Origin: Prorocentrum cordatum
Taxonomy: Eukaryota
Reading direction: 5' to 3'
DNA: 64,000 nucleotides
NCBI GenBank assembly: GCA_963575745.1
Contig: CAUYUJ010000001.1
Location: 2,976,001 to 3,040,000 of the forward strand
Position 1 is the first letter of the stretch, and each line of letters opens with the position of its first letter. Positions 38,840 through 51,544 of the stretch are shown in pieces. A program made the position numbers and the translations under genes. Under the pieces are notes generated by a model. It searched no databases, was not told where the DNA came from, and saw nothing but the letters and a program-made list of their open reading frames with translations.

Positions 38840-41800
38840 CCGCGCTCTTGCGTAGTTCTTGTGCCTGCCGTTTGTGTTCACGTAGCTCGTACCGCACGCT
38901 CGTACAACATCGAGGCGTGAGCTTCCATGAGAGACGCAAGCCGCGCCCGCTGGTAGAGGAACAACGAAAGCCATAAGCATCAGCCGTGGAAGGTTCGTGC
39001 GGATGTCTTTGATCTGCGCTTGACCTCTCTCCCTGGCGCGCGGAACACGCCAGGTGCGGCGCCGGAGGCGCCGCCAAGGGGGGTTCCAGCGCAGATCCAA
39101 GAAATTCGCGCGGAGCCCTGAACGTATAGGTTAGCGCAGTTTTCTTGCTTCGGATGAGAGACGCCAGCCGCGCCCGCTGGGTTGCGCGGGCGCCGCGCTC
39201 GAGCCCAACCTTGCGGCGCCCCGCCTGGACTCGGCGGATCCACGCCTCTACAACCCAGGCTTAGGTTGGGCCTGTCCCCCTGCAGGAGGACTCTGGGCAA
39301 ACATTGAACATGCCCCAAACATGCCCCCCAAAATATTCAAAACTTGTCAAAACATCGTCCCTAGACTATCTCTTGACTACTTCAGACATTCACCCTGTAG
39401 AGGGACAGGCCCAACTTACACCCCGGCCCCGCTCCGTGCCTGCCCCCCGCAGGCGAGGAGCCGTTGTCCTCACACTTTGGCCGGCCGCGCCGTTCGCAAT
39501 CGTCAGACTGCCAGGCCGGGCTTCGCCCTGCAGCGATGCTGCCACCATGCTCGGCTGGGGGATGTACGCTTCCAGGGTGCGTTGCACGTCCTACATGCCA
39601 GCCTCTCACTCCTCCCCATCCTCCTCCTATCGGCGGCGCGCCAAGGGGGGGGGGGATGAGACGGGGCGAGCCTTCTAGAAAGGCCAGGGGGCTTGTCAGA
39701 AGCCCTCTGGCATTATGTGCAGCCCTCTGTGGTTTCGGAGATGGCTCAGAAAGGCCTTCCGAGCCTTCTGAGAAAACAGCCCTCTGTGGCTTCGGAGAAG
39801 GCTTGGAAACCTTCCCGGAAGAACCGACACCTTCTGAGCCCTCTGAGAAAGCTGCCCCCCCCTGCCTTCCCCCCTCGTGGGCGCGCCACCGATCTTCCGA
39901 GCAGATCTCCTCCCCCGACGCCGTTTCTCACTCTCCGCCCATCCTCCTCACTCACCTCCCCCACTTCTCCTCCGCACCCTCTCCTCGCCTCATCCTCCTC
40001 CTCCTCCTCCTCCTCCTCCTCCTCCTCCTCCTCCTCCTCCTCCTCCTCCTCCTCTCAACCCTCTTCCGTCTTCCGTCCTCCCGTCTCCCCACGTCCCCTC
40101 CCTCGCCTCCCTCCTCGTCCTCCTCCTCCTCCGCCTGCCCGAGTTCACCCTCCTTGTCCCCTTCGTTCCGCCTCCTCCTCCCGACACTGGCGTCGGCGGC
40201 ACCTCCAGTCCGCTGGTGGGCACTGCCCCTGGCCGTCGGCGCCCCAGGAGCACCCTGGGGCCCAACCAGTTCTAAGCAGTGGAGTCCAGATCGACCTACT
40301 GGGGGAGACGGCCTACCCCTCCTCCTGATCCTCCTCCAATCCTCCTGACCCCCACCCCTGCTCCTCTTCTTCCCCCTCCTCCTCCTCCTCCTCCTCCTCC
40401 TCCTCCTCATCCTTCTCCTCCTTTATCCCCCTCCCCCTCCGCCTCTTCCTCCTTTCCGGCATCTCCGTCCGCGTCCCCATCCGCGTCCCCCTCCGCATCC
40501 TCAAACCTTGTGTCGACATCCTGCTCTTCCTTCTCCTCCTCCTCCTCCTCCTCCTCCTCCTCATCCTCCACCTGTTCCTGCTCTAGTTGCTGCTTGTCTT
40601 CCTCCTCCACCAACTCGTGCCTGATCCTCCCCCCACCTGCTCCTCATCCTCCCTTCATCCCTCGCACCCTCCCTGCCTCCCTTCTTCCCTCCCTCCCTCC
40701 TCCTCCCTCTCCCGCTTCCTCCTCCTCCTCCTCCTCCTCCTCCTCCTCCATTCCTTCTCCTTTGAATAACTTCTCACTGTCGCTCCCCGAAGCTGGCCGA
40801 AAGGGCGGCTCGGGCGTTTCGCCTTAGACGTCCTCTCCATGACCCTGAAGCTCAAACATTGGCAACAGTCTCACATATGGAGGGGGTGGGGGTCAAAATG
40901 CGGCTCTCGCCTTAACGCCGCGCAAATGTGTTTGAAAGCATCGCAAGAGTTTCACGGACTCAGGGCGGTTCGTTTTCATAATGTGGCTCTCGCTTTAGCG
41001 CCGCGCGCATTCTTTTGAACATTTGCCAGAGTTTGACCTATCCCAAGAGTTTCACAATCAAGGGCGGTTCGTTTTCAAATTGCGGCTCTTGCCTCAGTTT
41101 CGCGCACATTCGTTCTAACAAGTTGCAAGAGCTTCGCTGATTCCCATGGCCAACGTACCAGAAATTGTTTTTTGGAAGGCTTCAGGATTGTGAGGGCGCA
41201 ACAGTTGCGTGTATTCGTGGCGTTGAAGTTCCAGGAATGGCGTTCTGCCACGGTTCAAGATCGTCAAGACGCAACAGTCAGGCTGATCCGTGGCGTTGGA
41301 GTCCCGAGAATAGTGTTTCGTCATGCTTCGGGGTCTTCAAAGGGTTGTCTCTCCCAACGAGGCAGTTCCCTCAGTGGAAATTTCCCCCTGTAGGGGCCCA
41401 TGAAGAGGGAGCCTGGAGGAAGGGTCTATTCCAACGCCGTTGATGAGTCTTGGGTTTGCACTGGTCCTCCTCTGGGGCAAGGAAACACGGCACAAACAAA
41501 ACATTCGGAGGTCCGCGCGGATTTCTTGGATCTGCGCGCTGGGCCTCTCTCCCTGGCGCGCGGAGCGCGCCATCTCCTCCTCCGCCTCCCTCCTCCGTGT
41601 CCTCCCTCCGCCGCCGGCTCCCCCTGCCCGCGTCCACGAAGAGGAGGAGAAGGAAAAGGAGGAGGAGGAGGTGGAGGGCAGGAAGAGGAGGAGGAGGAGG
41701 AGGGCCTTCTCGCTCGACCCGTCCACTTCTGGCCTCCCCCCTCCATCCCCTCCCCTCCACTCCCTGAGGCGGTGGGCGGGAGGAGCAGGCCGGCCCCGCC

Positions 41801-41928
41801 AGAGAGAGGGGCTCCACCCGGCGGCGCCGGCGTGGTGGGGTCCGCCGCGCGCGGAGGCCTCGGGCCTCGCCCGGGCCACCTGCCGGAAGGTCGACGCGAG
41901 GGCGTCCTGGGCGGGAGGCCGTCGTCGC

Positions 41929-41964
<36 letters not shown>

Positions 41965-43800
41965 AGCCGCCACCGCTGCAGCCGCCAGTGAACACCGCCG
42001 TCCTCCTCCACCCCTTGCCCTTGTCAAGACTTCTTCAGAGACGCCCTCACCACGCATGACCATGAGGCTCGAGATGCTGAAACCGCTTCGAGGCTGGAGG
42101 GCACTTTTTTTGTCAAAGGGTGGCTCTCGCCTTAGAGCGCGCACATTCGTTTTCTTGCAACAGCTTCTCAAGGCTGGAGGGCGGGTCCTTTTCAAACTGT
42201 GGCTCTCGCCGTAGCGCCGCGTACATTCGCCTAAAAAGTTTGCAACAGCTTCAAGGAAGGAGGGCGGGCCCTTTCCAACATATAGCTCTCAACTTAGCGC
42301 CGCGCGCATTCATCTTAAGAGCTTGCAGCAATCAGAATTCTCAACGGCAGTCTTCCAATGGGGTGCTTCCCGTAATCAAAACAGCTTCAGATGAAAAAAA
42401 AGTTGAGGGAGGATGTATTGCAACATCGATGATGCGTCTTGCGTTTGCACCGGTCCTCCTCCTCCTCCTCCTCCTTCTCCTCTACCTCCTCCTCCTTCTC
42501 CTCTCTTTTCCTCCATGTACTGCTCCGCTCCGCGCTACCTCTTCATCCTCCTTCTCAACGTTCTCCTCCTCCTCCTCATCTGCAAGTGTGCCGATACCCT
42601 CTTCTCAGCCTCCTCTTCCTTATCATTATCCTCCTTGTCCTCATCATCGATCCGCATCGCATCTCATTAAAAACGCGTCAATGAGCATAGAGCATAATGC
42701 ATACACGTTGAAGATATAACTCAAATGACAGAAGAAAGTTACGGGACGACGACAGAGAGAGAGCGAGATAGACCGAAAGACATATTGACATGGTGACCAA
42801 CAGACAGCCAGCCAGAGAAAGAGAGAGAGAGAGTGAGAGAGAAAGAGACAGAGAGAGAGAGAGAGAAAGAGAGACAGAGCGGCGAGGAGCTCGCCAGCGC
42901 AGAGTAACCGCACCCAGGCCCACGTGCTGGGGCTGACCAGGTCCTGCGTACACCAGTGCTGCGGACCAGCTGAGGCAGGAACGGCGGCCCGGCGGGCCAA
43001 GGAAGCCGGGAAGATGGAGAGACGTGAACGGCCAAGAGCACTACGGCCAACATGCCACGTGCTGCTCCGGCTGCGGCGGCCAGGGACGAACGGGAGAAGT
43101 GCTTCCACGGCGACGTGGGGGAAGAACAGAAGCAGGGAGCCGCGTTGGATGGCTAAGGGCCTCTTCTCTGAGAAGGGCAGCCGCAAGGGACCTTTCTGGC
43201 CCGAGGCCGATACCCTGGAGCCCTGCTGGGACCTCTCTGGAACCTTTCTGGCAAGGGACCTTTCTGGCCCGAGGCCGATACCCTGGCAAGGGACCTTTCT
43301 GGGACCTTTCTGGCCCGCTGGCACCGCTGGAGGGGGAGGAGGAGCGGCAGCAGCGCCCTGTGGGAGGCCGCACGCCCCGCGAGCCCCCGTCCTTCATGAA
43401 CTCGTCCCCCGGGTGGTGCTGCACCTCCGACGCACGGGGCAGGGAGGCCGCAGAAGGCGTGCGCTTCTGGCCGCTCGCGCGAGGTCTCGGCCCCCCCCGG
43501 TCCGCGAGGCAGGCCTCTCGCGCCACGGACGCTCGCGCCACGCGTGCGCTCGACACCGCGTCCTCTGCTCCCTCCTGGAGGGGGGGGGGCCCGGATTCGG
43601 GGCCTCGTGGGGGGGGCGGAGGTGGAGAAGCCCGGCCGGCCCCGCTCGCCTCGTGCTCCTCGCGGCCTCCCAGCGCCCCCCCCCCCTCCCCCCATGGCCG
43701 GCTGCCTGCGCCCCTGCAGGCCGGGTCAGTCCTCTCACTGCTTGAGTTCTTTGCACCATCGCAATGACTGGCCAGCGCGAAGCACTGAATCGTCCGCCAT
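38840..43800 (-). CDS. Putative multi-micro-exon host gene (partial model, product unknown)
   Basis: AG|G-bounded open islands: MADDSVLRAGQSLRWCKELK (43739-43800), VQHHPGDEFMK (43392-43424), DALASTFRQ (about 41880-41906), DVQRTLEAYIPQPSMVAASLQ (39528-39590), YELREHKRQAQELRKSA|GTGAGT (about 38841-38891). Confidence 0.35.
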
Positions 43801-43947
43801 GGTGCGTCTCGAAGCGGGAGATCGTGCAGTTGGTGGGCCGCAGTCCGACGCGCGGGAGATCGAGTTCACTTAGAATGCACGCGCCCCTGAACCTGCCCCG
43901 CCCCCCGCCCCTTGCCCTCCAGTCCCTGCCCCTCCAACCCCCCTCCT

Positions 43948-44120
43948 CAAGGGCTCCCAACTTCGCGCTTCGCGCTGCGCGAAGCGCGAAGCGCGAATAA
44001 CTTCGCGCTCTCGCGCCGCCCTCCCAAGGGGAGAATAGGAGGACGAGGAGGAGGGGGAGAAGGAACGAGGACCGCGAAGCGCGAAGCGCGAATAACTTCG
44101 CGCCCTCGGGGGAGCCCTTG
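43948..44120. mobile_element. MITE copy 3
   Basis: CAAGGGCTCC...GGAGCCCTTG, same interior as copies 1 and 2. Confidence 0.82.
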
Positions 44121-45934
44121 CCTCCCTGCCGTCGCTCTGCCTGCTCCTTCCCCCTGGGCTCCTGCACGCCAGGGGCAGCCCAGCTTCTCCACACTGCTTC
44201 TGCTCCTCCTCCTCCTTCTCCTCCTCCTCCTCCTCCTCCTCCTCCTCCTCCTCCTCCTCCGCCCACCGTCCTCATCGTACCGCACCGCCTTCTCTTCATC
44301 TCTCCCTCCTACGTCTTTCCCCTCCTCCTCCTCCTCCGCCCTTCTTCTACTCGGCCCTCCTGCCCCTCCTCTTCCGACTGGTCTTGCTGCTCATCCGCCT
44401 TCTTCCTCCGCCTCCGTGTCCTCCAGGATCCATCCTACGTTCCACCCCTCTGCCTCTCTCAACCCTCACCATTATGTCACCCACCGGTTCCGACCCCATC
44501 TCCTTCCAAACAGGGCTGAGGTGGCGACAATCTACATATCTGTTCCCCTCTTCGGTACAGATCGTTTCGGGCCATCTGGCTTCCTCCTCCACCTCCCCTC
44601 ATCACCCTCATCCAACTCATGCCCCCACTTCACCTCCGACTCCGAAAAGATCCGCCATGGTGGAATAATCCACACTGAGCAAATCATACTTGTTTAAACC
44701 AGGACATCCACATGTCGGATTTCCAAAGGCTGCTCGCGTGCCTCTCGTGATCCCGCGTGAGTTTCCCAGAGGCCAGAGGGCCCACGACGGACCATGAGGA
44801 CCCTGCGAGACCCCAAAGACGGTCCAACTGAACTCCAAGACGGCCAGGAAGCGTTCCAAGGCGCCGAAGACAGACACAAGACGACCACAGAGGCTCGCAA
44901 AACGCCCCAAGATAGATACAAGAGGACCGCGCAGAGGACCCCGAGATGTCCAAACCAGTGATTATCCAAAATATGTTGGATTGTGTTAGCGCTATCGAAT
45001 GTTCAGGCTTCCAACACCCGAAGATGGCCCACGAGGCTCCCAATATTGCACTCCGACGGCCCCAGGGGCCTCTGAGACGGCCCCAAGGCGGCCCCAAGAG
45101 GGCACAGGAGGCACCCAAGAGGACCGCGCTGGGCCCCAAGAGGGCCCCGGGAGGAGCCCAAGAGGGACCCGAGATGAAACCCTGAGCCTTCTCACCAAAG
45201 ATGGCCCCGAGTCCGCCAGCGGGACCCCAAGGAGGCTCACAGATGCTGCAAACGTCCCCTGAGAGACCCTGAGACAGACAGACAGACAGACACCCTCTGT
45301 CGGGCAAGAGCCCGACCCAGGGCGGGGCGGGGGTGGCAGGCACCGCGGTGCCCCAGTACCTCGCGAAGCCCTCTCCCAGACTGCCCCATGCAACCGCGTC
45401 TGCAGCGCGAGCCACCCATGCTGGCCTCTGCGTGTTAAAACTCAGAATCCTGATCTAAGAGACCCCGAGAGGCATGCTGGAGGCCCCAGGCACGCCTCCG
45501 ACGTGCCCACAGGAGGTTCCCCAAGGGGACCCCCCAGGACGCCTCTGTGGTATGCCGCCCGTCCTCGACCCAGGCGCGGTGGCGGGATGGGCCGAAGGCC
45601 ACTGCGGTGGGGGCATTGGGTACGGAAGCATTGGATAGCCAGTGGAACTCCAATCGCGGATTGGCAGTGGATATTACGGCCGCCCTCATCAGATAAGGAA
45701 TCCTCCAGGGTCTGCAGCCTCCTGGGCGCATTCCTGAACCAACGCCCCCACCGTGGATCCGCCGCCCCCTGTTGGCTTGCCACAGGGGTGCCTGGCGTGC
45801 TGGATCCTACGGTGTTTGGTTTCGGTTCTTTTCCAACGGAGCCTTGGGGCTTCGGAGCCGCGGAAGGCCCACTTGGAAGGGAGGCCGGCTTGGTAAGCCT
45901 TACAAGCGGTTGCACCCTTTACGCTCTCTTACAG

Positions 45935-46126
45935 CGGGTTGCTACATATTTGATAACTTGTTCGCTAAACCTTCCTAGCCGTGATAGCTAATCAATTTAC
46001 ATCGGGTTGCTAGTGCGTTTACTATCGCGTTACCAAGGGTTAGCTAAATCCGCCTGTGGGGTTGAACGGGTTAGCTAAGCCCCGCTAAGTAGGTTAGCTA
46101 ACCCCCTAATCAAGTTAGTAACTCCA
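45935..46126. repeat. TTAGCTAA-rich AT-richer block (left of gene cluster)
   Basis: Multiple ggttagctaa/gggttgcta motifs; related in inverted orientation to 57817-58190. Confidence 0.55.
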
Positions 46127-46683
46127 GCGGAGCATTTTTTTGTTGTGTTCATGGGGGAGAAATAATGCTACGAGGTTGGACGCGTAACGAATTCCAGGCT
46201 GCGGCGGGTCACGTCGACCCCCCACTAAAATACAAATCGAAGCTACGATCGCCGAAAAATTCGCCAGACCCACCACGCGTGGCCGCCGAGGCGCGGTCAA
46301 AATGGATCGGGCTGCCGCCTAAAACGGCGACCTATCGTATCGTACGAGGGATCACAAGGCCTGGGCCCCTGGCGATAAAAGTGGGGCGGCGGAGTTGACG
46401 CTAGCCGTGATCTGTGTCGGGGGTCTTAGGGGGGACAGGGGGAGGGGAGAGGAGGAACGGAGCAGACGCTTTTCATTTCGGCACATCCTCACACGCTTCG
46501 TTGCCACATAGGTAGCTCCACGGAAGGCCCAAGTGTGCATGTTCATATGCTTCCCAGCATATAATTTCGGCACTCCCCTCACACGTTTCGACAGAGGATG
46601 GAGGGGGGGAATACCTGAAAAGGGGGAGGGCTAATCCACTCCCAGGTGGTGGGGGAGGAGGACTATAGTTTTTGTGCTATGCT

Positions 46684-48726
46684 TTACTCCACCAGCGCCA
46701 GGGGATGAAGTACAGTTAAGACAGCGTCGTTGCCACAAACGGTCAACACTTCAATCAAATCAACCAAGTCCGCAAACATAGGCTCACCTGACTTTGTCCA
46801 CGTGCTGTGCCAAGGCTTTTTTGTCAGGCACCTGAAAGGCTGAACTGCAGCGTACGGCACAGAATTCGTCGACGCAAAGAAAATCACCCGAGCAACGATC
46901 CAACCCGCAGTGGATCTGACAGCCACGAAATCACGAACCCATGCAACATCGAATTCGTTAAACCTGGCTTTGCCAGATGCTTGGTGGTCTGTTGATCTGA
47001 ACACTTCTGTTAAAAACTTGCACAACTTCTTATTCGGCGCAGTCGGCGCTACCAATCCTACAGCAAGGTCTAGCCAAGGTGCGTCGTGCAAGTTGAAAAA
47101 ACTCTCTGCCACAACTTCTCGGATCACGGCCTTTGTGTCTTTCTGATGGTCTTCTCCAAATTTGAGCACTGATTTATGTTTGCGCTCTAGCGGCAGCGTG
47201 TGGGGCGACCACCCCCACTTCGCCACGTAGGCTGAATGGTGCAAGATCGCATGGTGTTTCCACAACGCCCCGTCTGTGCCGAAAGCCTTCTCAGAGGCTC
47301 GAAGGAAATTCTCAGTGGCCCGCGCAATTGCCTCGCTTGAAATGCCCAATTTAGCCGTACTCCAATGGAATTGTACGAGCGTGCAACATGTGATAATCGC
47401 CTCGCATTCATCATTGTGCAACCCACTGGGAAGGATCCTGGTTCTGAAGAAATGTGCTATCGGGAGATGCATGCTCAGCGCCTCGGAAGCGCTGCAACTC
47501 CAATACGCCTTCTTCCAATTAGAGTCGGCCCGCTTTTGTTTCCACATGTCAATGCCTGTGACGCCCTTGCTTGATATTCGCCTCGGCCACGTGAAAGACT
47601 CCATGAATTTAAGAACGTGCGACGGTTTGAAGCCAGAGAAGCTAATCGCCCATAAGGCCAGAAATAGTGTTTGTTGAAATATGCCCTGGAGCAGATTGTG
47701 AACCCAATCGTAAACGTTTTGCAGCGGCGGGTCCAGGATTTCTCTCAGCTTACGATTGTGCAACATATTGAAGCCAGAATGCGCCCAACCACGGCGCTGT
47801 TCTTTATCTTCGAACAGCCCCTTTTTCATTGCAGGCTTAGACATGGCAAGGTCGTCGATTATGTGCAGCACCATAGCCTTGGTTGTAGGCTCGCATTCTC
47901 GAAGAGAAAAAACCTTGGAGTAATCTTTGAGATGGGCAGCCCCCTCGAGTTCACCAGCAGCAAGCCAGTTCTTGTTGACGATGTTGCAGCAGTGCAGGCA
48001 GCATTTCGTCCCCCCGCTCCCTTTGCAGAGCCAAACGCTGTGGAGCGCTGACTCATCGCCCAGCATGATGCTGAACACCGCGTGCAGCCTGAACCCGCTC
48101 CCGTCACCGTAGTCCACGTTTACGCCAGCATGCTCCAAATCGTGGCCATCTGGATTGAACATACGAAGTAAGACTGCACCCATGAGCTGCGCCATCCCAG
48201 CCTCGCAGTCCTGGATGTCCACGGTTCTGACGCAGCCGACGCAGAGCCAAGCGTCCTCTTTGCAAAGGACTGCCGCGCCCAGCTCAAGAAACGACATGTA
48301 CAGATTTTGCGTGGCCCTCTTATTCCACTGTTTGAGCTTATTACCAGGTTTGGCCTCGTCGCTGTAAATAATGATGTTCCATGGTGATTGCAACGAACAA
48401 GGCGCCTTTGCGCGCGCTTCCTCGAGGAAACAACGCCACCTGTTACATTTTCCTAGTGCGTGCAAGTATGGCACTGGATCTGCTATCTCGACATCCAAGG
48501 CCTTCCCTTTTTTGGTAGTTAGCTGTATTGTGCACATGACAGGTCCATACATTGTGTTTTGGAGGGCTTGCATGTCCCTGGCTGCACGAATGTCCTTCGT
48601 CGAACATGCATCTGGTAGCTCGCCCTGTTGAGCCAACTCGATGAATTTTGAGAGCGCAACCTTAGTTGTGTGAGGGAGCGCATACCTGATCTCCGATATC
48701 CTGCGGAGCTTCGCTGGCCTGTCCAT
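46684..48726 (-). CDS. CACTA/EnSpm-Plavaka-like DDE transposase, 680 aa, intronless
   Basis: IIIYSDE (D1), LGDESA (D2), KGSGGTKCCLHC, YDWVHNLLQG, KHHAILH, LERKH (E): the motif order of CMC-group transposases; uninterrupted ORF. Confidence 0.8.
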   Translation of the reverse strand: MDRPAKLRRISEIRYALPHTTKVALSKFIELAQQGELPDACSTKDIRAARDMQALQNTMYGPVMCTIQLTTKKGKALDVEIADPVPYLHALGKCNRWRCFLEEARAKAPCSLQSPWNIIIYSDEAKPGNKLKQWNKRATQNLYMSFLELGAAVLCKEDAWLCVGCVRTVDIQDCEAGMAQLMGAVLLRMFNPDGHDLEHAGVNVDYGDGSGFRLHAVFSIMLGDESALHSVWLCKGSGGTKCCLHCCNIVNKNWLAAGELEGAAHLKDYSKVFSLRECEPTTKAMVLHIIDDLAMSKPAMKKGLFEDKEQRRGWAHSGFNMLHNRKLREILDPPLQNVYDWVHNLLQGIFQQTLFLALWAISFSGFKPSHVLKFMESFTWPRRISSKGVTGIDMWKQKRADSNWKKAYWSCSASEALSMHLPIAHFFRTRILPSGLHNDECEAIITCCTLVQFHWSTAKLGISSEAIARATENFLRASEKAFGTDGALWKHHAILHHSAYVAKWGWSPHTLPLERKHKSVLKFGEDHQKDTKAVIREVVAESFFNLHDAPWLDLAVGLVAPTAPNKKLCKFLTEVFRSTDHQASGKARFNEFDVAWVRDFVAVRSTAGWIVARVIFFASTNSVPYAAVQPFRCLTKKPWHSTWTKSGEPMFADLVDLIEVLTVCGNDAVLTVLHPLALVE

Positions 48727-48740
48727 TTAACAAGCTGGGT

Positions 48741-48761
48741 CTTGAGCCAAAACAGGCTACA
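48741..48761 (-). other. SL relic 14 nt upstream of the transposase ATG
   Basis: TGTAGCCTGTTTTGGCTCAAG. Confidence 0.85.
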
Positions 48762-49369
48762 CAAACGCACATGCATGGACAATGTATTACACATATACAC
48801 ATACATATTACAATCACAAGCTAACGCACACCATTTGCGCACGACAAATAAGAGCACGTGGCCGCAATGATTGGCTACATATGTGTACTATGTTGTTGAC
48901 AGGTTGCCGTGTGACTTTAGGTTATGCGTAAATGTTGTCGTTCGTAGCTGTGCGTTGTTGTATGGTGTGCGCCAATTGTTCTTAAGCCGTCTTGGAGCGA
49001 TCGGTGGCCGCCTCAGGGCCTCAAGGGCTCTCTTAAGCAGTCTCGGAAACCATGCAAGACAGCCTTGAGGCCTCTTGGGGAACGTAGTTAGGCAATGATG
49101 GAACATATTGGTGCCATCTTGGGTCGTCTCGTTTGGCTGTGTTAGGCCATATTCAGGCATTGATGCAGTATTGGCAAGAGTGGCAGGCGCATGGGCAGCA
49201 GGGCTATCAAGAGCAGGAGCAACGTGAGCAGCAGGAGTTGCAGGAGCAGGAGCAGCAGGAGTGGCAGGATTGACAAGGAGGGGACAGGAAGAGGAGGATG
49301 CGTAGGAGAATGAGGGAAGGATGGCATAGGAGGAGGAGTGGGAGGAGGAAGGGTGGATGAGGAGGAGAA

Positions 49370-49455
49370 ACCAAAAACAACAACAATTTTCAAAATCAAA
49401 AATTACAGTCGGTCAAAACCGACAACAATTTCAAAAATCAAAAAATGCAGTCGGG
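49370..49455. repeat. About 45-bp A-tract/palindrome repeat (also at 51856-52019 and 56165-56280)
   Basis: aattttcaaaatcaaaaa..cagtcggtc...accgac units. Confidence 0.7.
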
Positions 49456-49684
49456 AGGAGGAGGATGAGAAGATGCATGATGATTCGGTTATGGTGAATG
49501 ATCATGTGGATGACTCGATTGTGTTTACTCTCAATCTTGTATATCTGGTTTAATACCAAACGTGATGTGCAAATGCGCACATTCGGCACAGCTGGCAAGC
49601 TGTCAAACCTAAGACAGATTGCATACCCATATGCTGTGTTGCACAGGAAGAGCGCCCACTGAATGCAAGCAGCACGCACAAGCT

Positions 49685-51469
49685 CTAGGCCGAAGCAAGA
49701 TCTTTGTATGCTTTGATGATGTTCAGAGCTTCGCTGAACGATTTGTCGGGGGAGTCACCGTACGGCACACACTTCTCAGCCCCACGCTTTGCGATGTTGG
49801 GCCAGACCCTCCAGCCGCCCTTTGAATTTGAATGCGAAACCCTACCACCTAGATACTCCACGGACCCACTCTCAGGCATCGGGGGGCGCTTGGCCACAGT
49901 ATGCGTCGAAGCAGCTGGCCTCTTGCCGACAAACGTGTTGACCGAACCGCCGCTCCTGCCTGCGCCTCTGCCCCGACCGCGGCCCCTGCCGCTCGTGGCT
50001 GCGCCCCTGCCAGCAACGGCCGCGGTGACAGCGCCGCCTTTGTTGCGTGACTCATTGCCGTCATCATCGTCTGACGCATCGGACTTGTCGCCCTTCTCAG
50101 CAGCCTTGGCAGCCTTGGCAACTGCCAGCGCCTTCGCCTCAGCGGTCGAGCTCGCGAGCTTGTCCTTCTTCGCCTTGGCCTTGCGAAGGAGCTCCTCGTA
50201 CTCAGTCTCAATGGCTTTAATCTTCTTCTCAGCTTCAGCAACTTCATCTGTTGAAGACTTGGCCCCGTCGAACTCGCTGAGCGCTGTGCCAAATGCTGGT
50301 CTCTGTGCACTTGGTGCAGGTGCCTCGGCCTTGTGCTGCCCGAGTGGCGCTGTCGGAGGAGGCGTGGTCGGGCTGACAGCGTTGCCGCTGCTGCTCGCGC
50401 CAGCGGGGCTCGCGCCAGCGGGGTTCGCGCCAGCAACGGAACGCGCAGGATGCTGCATCTGAAGTTGGAAAGTGCGGGGTTGCTGCGCACGCTGGTCAGG
50501 CGAGACCCACTCGATGGCCAGTGGCTGAGATGCCCAAGGCAGACCAGCAGCTGGAACCATCGACATCTGCTGGAAAGCTTGCTGTGGTGTCAGGCCTTGC
50601 TCCATTGCTGCGGCCATGAAGTCCTTGACGGGCATGTTGCCGAATGATCCAGCCGCACCAGCAACCATCGGCGTTCCACGCGTTTTCGGCAAGAGGTCCC
50701 TCACGTGCTTCCGTGAAGACCTGCAGCTCGTCAAATCCCTCACGACGAAGAAGTTACCTACCACCTGCGCGACTGGAGGGTCCGACGGGTCTGGGAACAT
50801 AGCCTGGAACACAGCTTCTGGAAGGTCGTGTGGGTTCGCGGGGTACTCCTTGACGAGAGGTAAGTCGGCCTCGGTCAGTAGAGCTGCGCGCGTCGTCTTG
50901 AACGACTTCGTCAACTTGCCAACCTCGTCGAACAGCTGCATGGCAGTCACGTCCTCGGACCAAGCATACATGGCGAGCATGGCGATGACGTCAGCACACG
51001 CTGGAGCGCTCGGTTTGGTCATACCACCGAGCTTCATGCGTTCGATGACAGTATGTATCTTAACTCCATCGTTGAATGGCGTAGTAGGGTCGCTGAAGAT
51101 GTTGAAGTCCGTCTGTGTGAAATAGTTCAGCACGTTTGAAGTATTCTCTTTCTTCGCAGAGAATGATTGGAACTCGTGTGGGCCAAGCTTTTCGGGCTTG
51201 AAGCTACGAATGAGTGTCTCCTCAACTGCGTCACTCAACGCGTGTTTCTGTGGTTCAGAGAACGCTGTCAATGAAATCGACTCAAGCAACTTCTTAGCAC
51301 CCTCACTGTCAACCGTGACGGAAATCGATTTGATCATTTGAACTATTGAAGAACACAGTGATGCACGGAGCCTGTCAGCCCTGACAGCGTCTCTGCGAAG
51401 CTGAACCTGTGTGTTGATCAAGGTTCCAGCGTCCCTGAGCTCATTAATGATCTTCTGGATGCTAGCCAT
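49685..51469 (-). CDS. 594-aa protein, probable element accessory factor; small C-terminal putative DNA-binding domain
   Basis: Long non-repetitive ORF: globular N-terminus, low-complexity linker, RGRGRG, C-terminal YLGGRVSHSNSKGGWRVW...SFSEALNII. Confidence 0.75.
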   Translation of the reverse strand: MASIQKIINELRDAGTLINTQVQLRRDAVRADRLRASLCSSIVQMIKSISVTVDSEGAKKLLESISLTAFSEPQKHALSDAVEETLIRSFKPEKLGPHEFQSFSAKKENTSNVLNYFTQTDFNIFSDPTTPFNDGVKIHTVIERMKLGGMTKPSAPACADVIAMLAMYAWSEDVTAMQLFDEVGKLTKSFKTTRAALLTEADLPLVKEYPANPHDLPEAVFQAMFPDPSDPPVAQVVGNFFVVRDLTSCRSSRKHVRDLLPKTRGTPMVAGAAGSFGNMPVKDFMAAAMEQGLTPQQAFQQMSMVPAAGLPWASQPLAIEWVSPDQRAQQPRTFQLQMQHPARSVAGANPAGASPAGASSSGNAVSPTTPPPTAPLGQHKAEAPAPSAQRPAFGTALSEFDGAKSSTDEVAEAEKKIKAIETEYEELLRKAKAKKDKLASSTAEAKALAVAKAAKAAEKGDKSDASDDDDGNESRNKGGAVTAAVAGRGAATSGRGRGRGRGAGRSGGSVNTFVGKRPAASTHTVAKRPPMPESGSVEYLGGRVSHSNSKGGWRVWPNIAKRGAEKCVPYGDSPDKSFSEALNIIKAYKDLASA

Positions 51470-51524
51470 TCCTACTCGTCACAACTATGTAAGTGACACG
51501 CGGGGAGCGATGAAACCACCTGCG

Positions 51525-51544
51525 CGTGAGCCCAAATTGCTACG
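51525..51544 (-). other. SL relic upstream of the 594-aa ORF
   Basis: CGTAGCAATTTGGGCTCACG matches SL CGTAGCCATTTTGGCTCAAG at 17 of 20 positions; 55 nt from the ATG. Confidence 0.75.
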
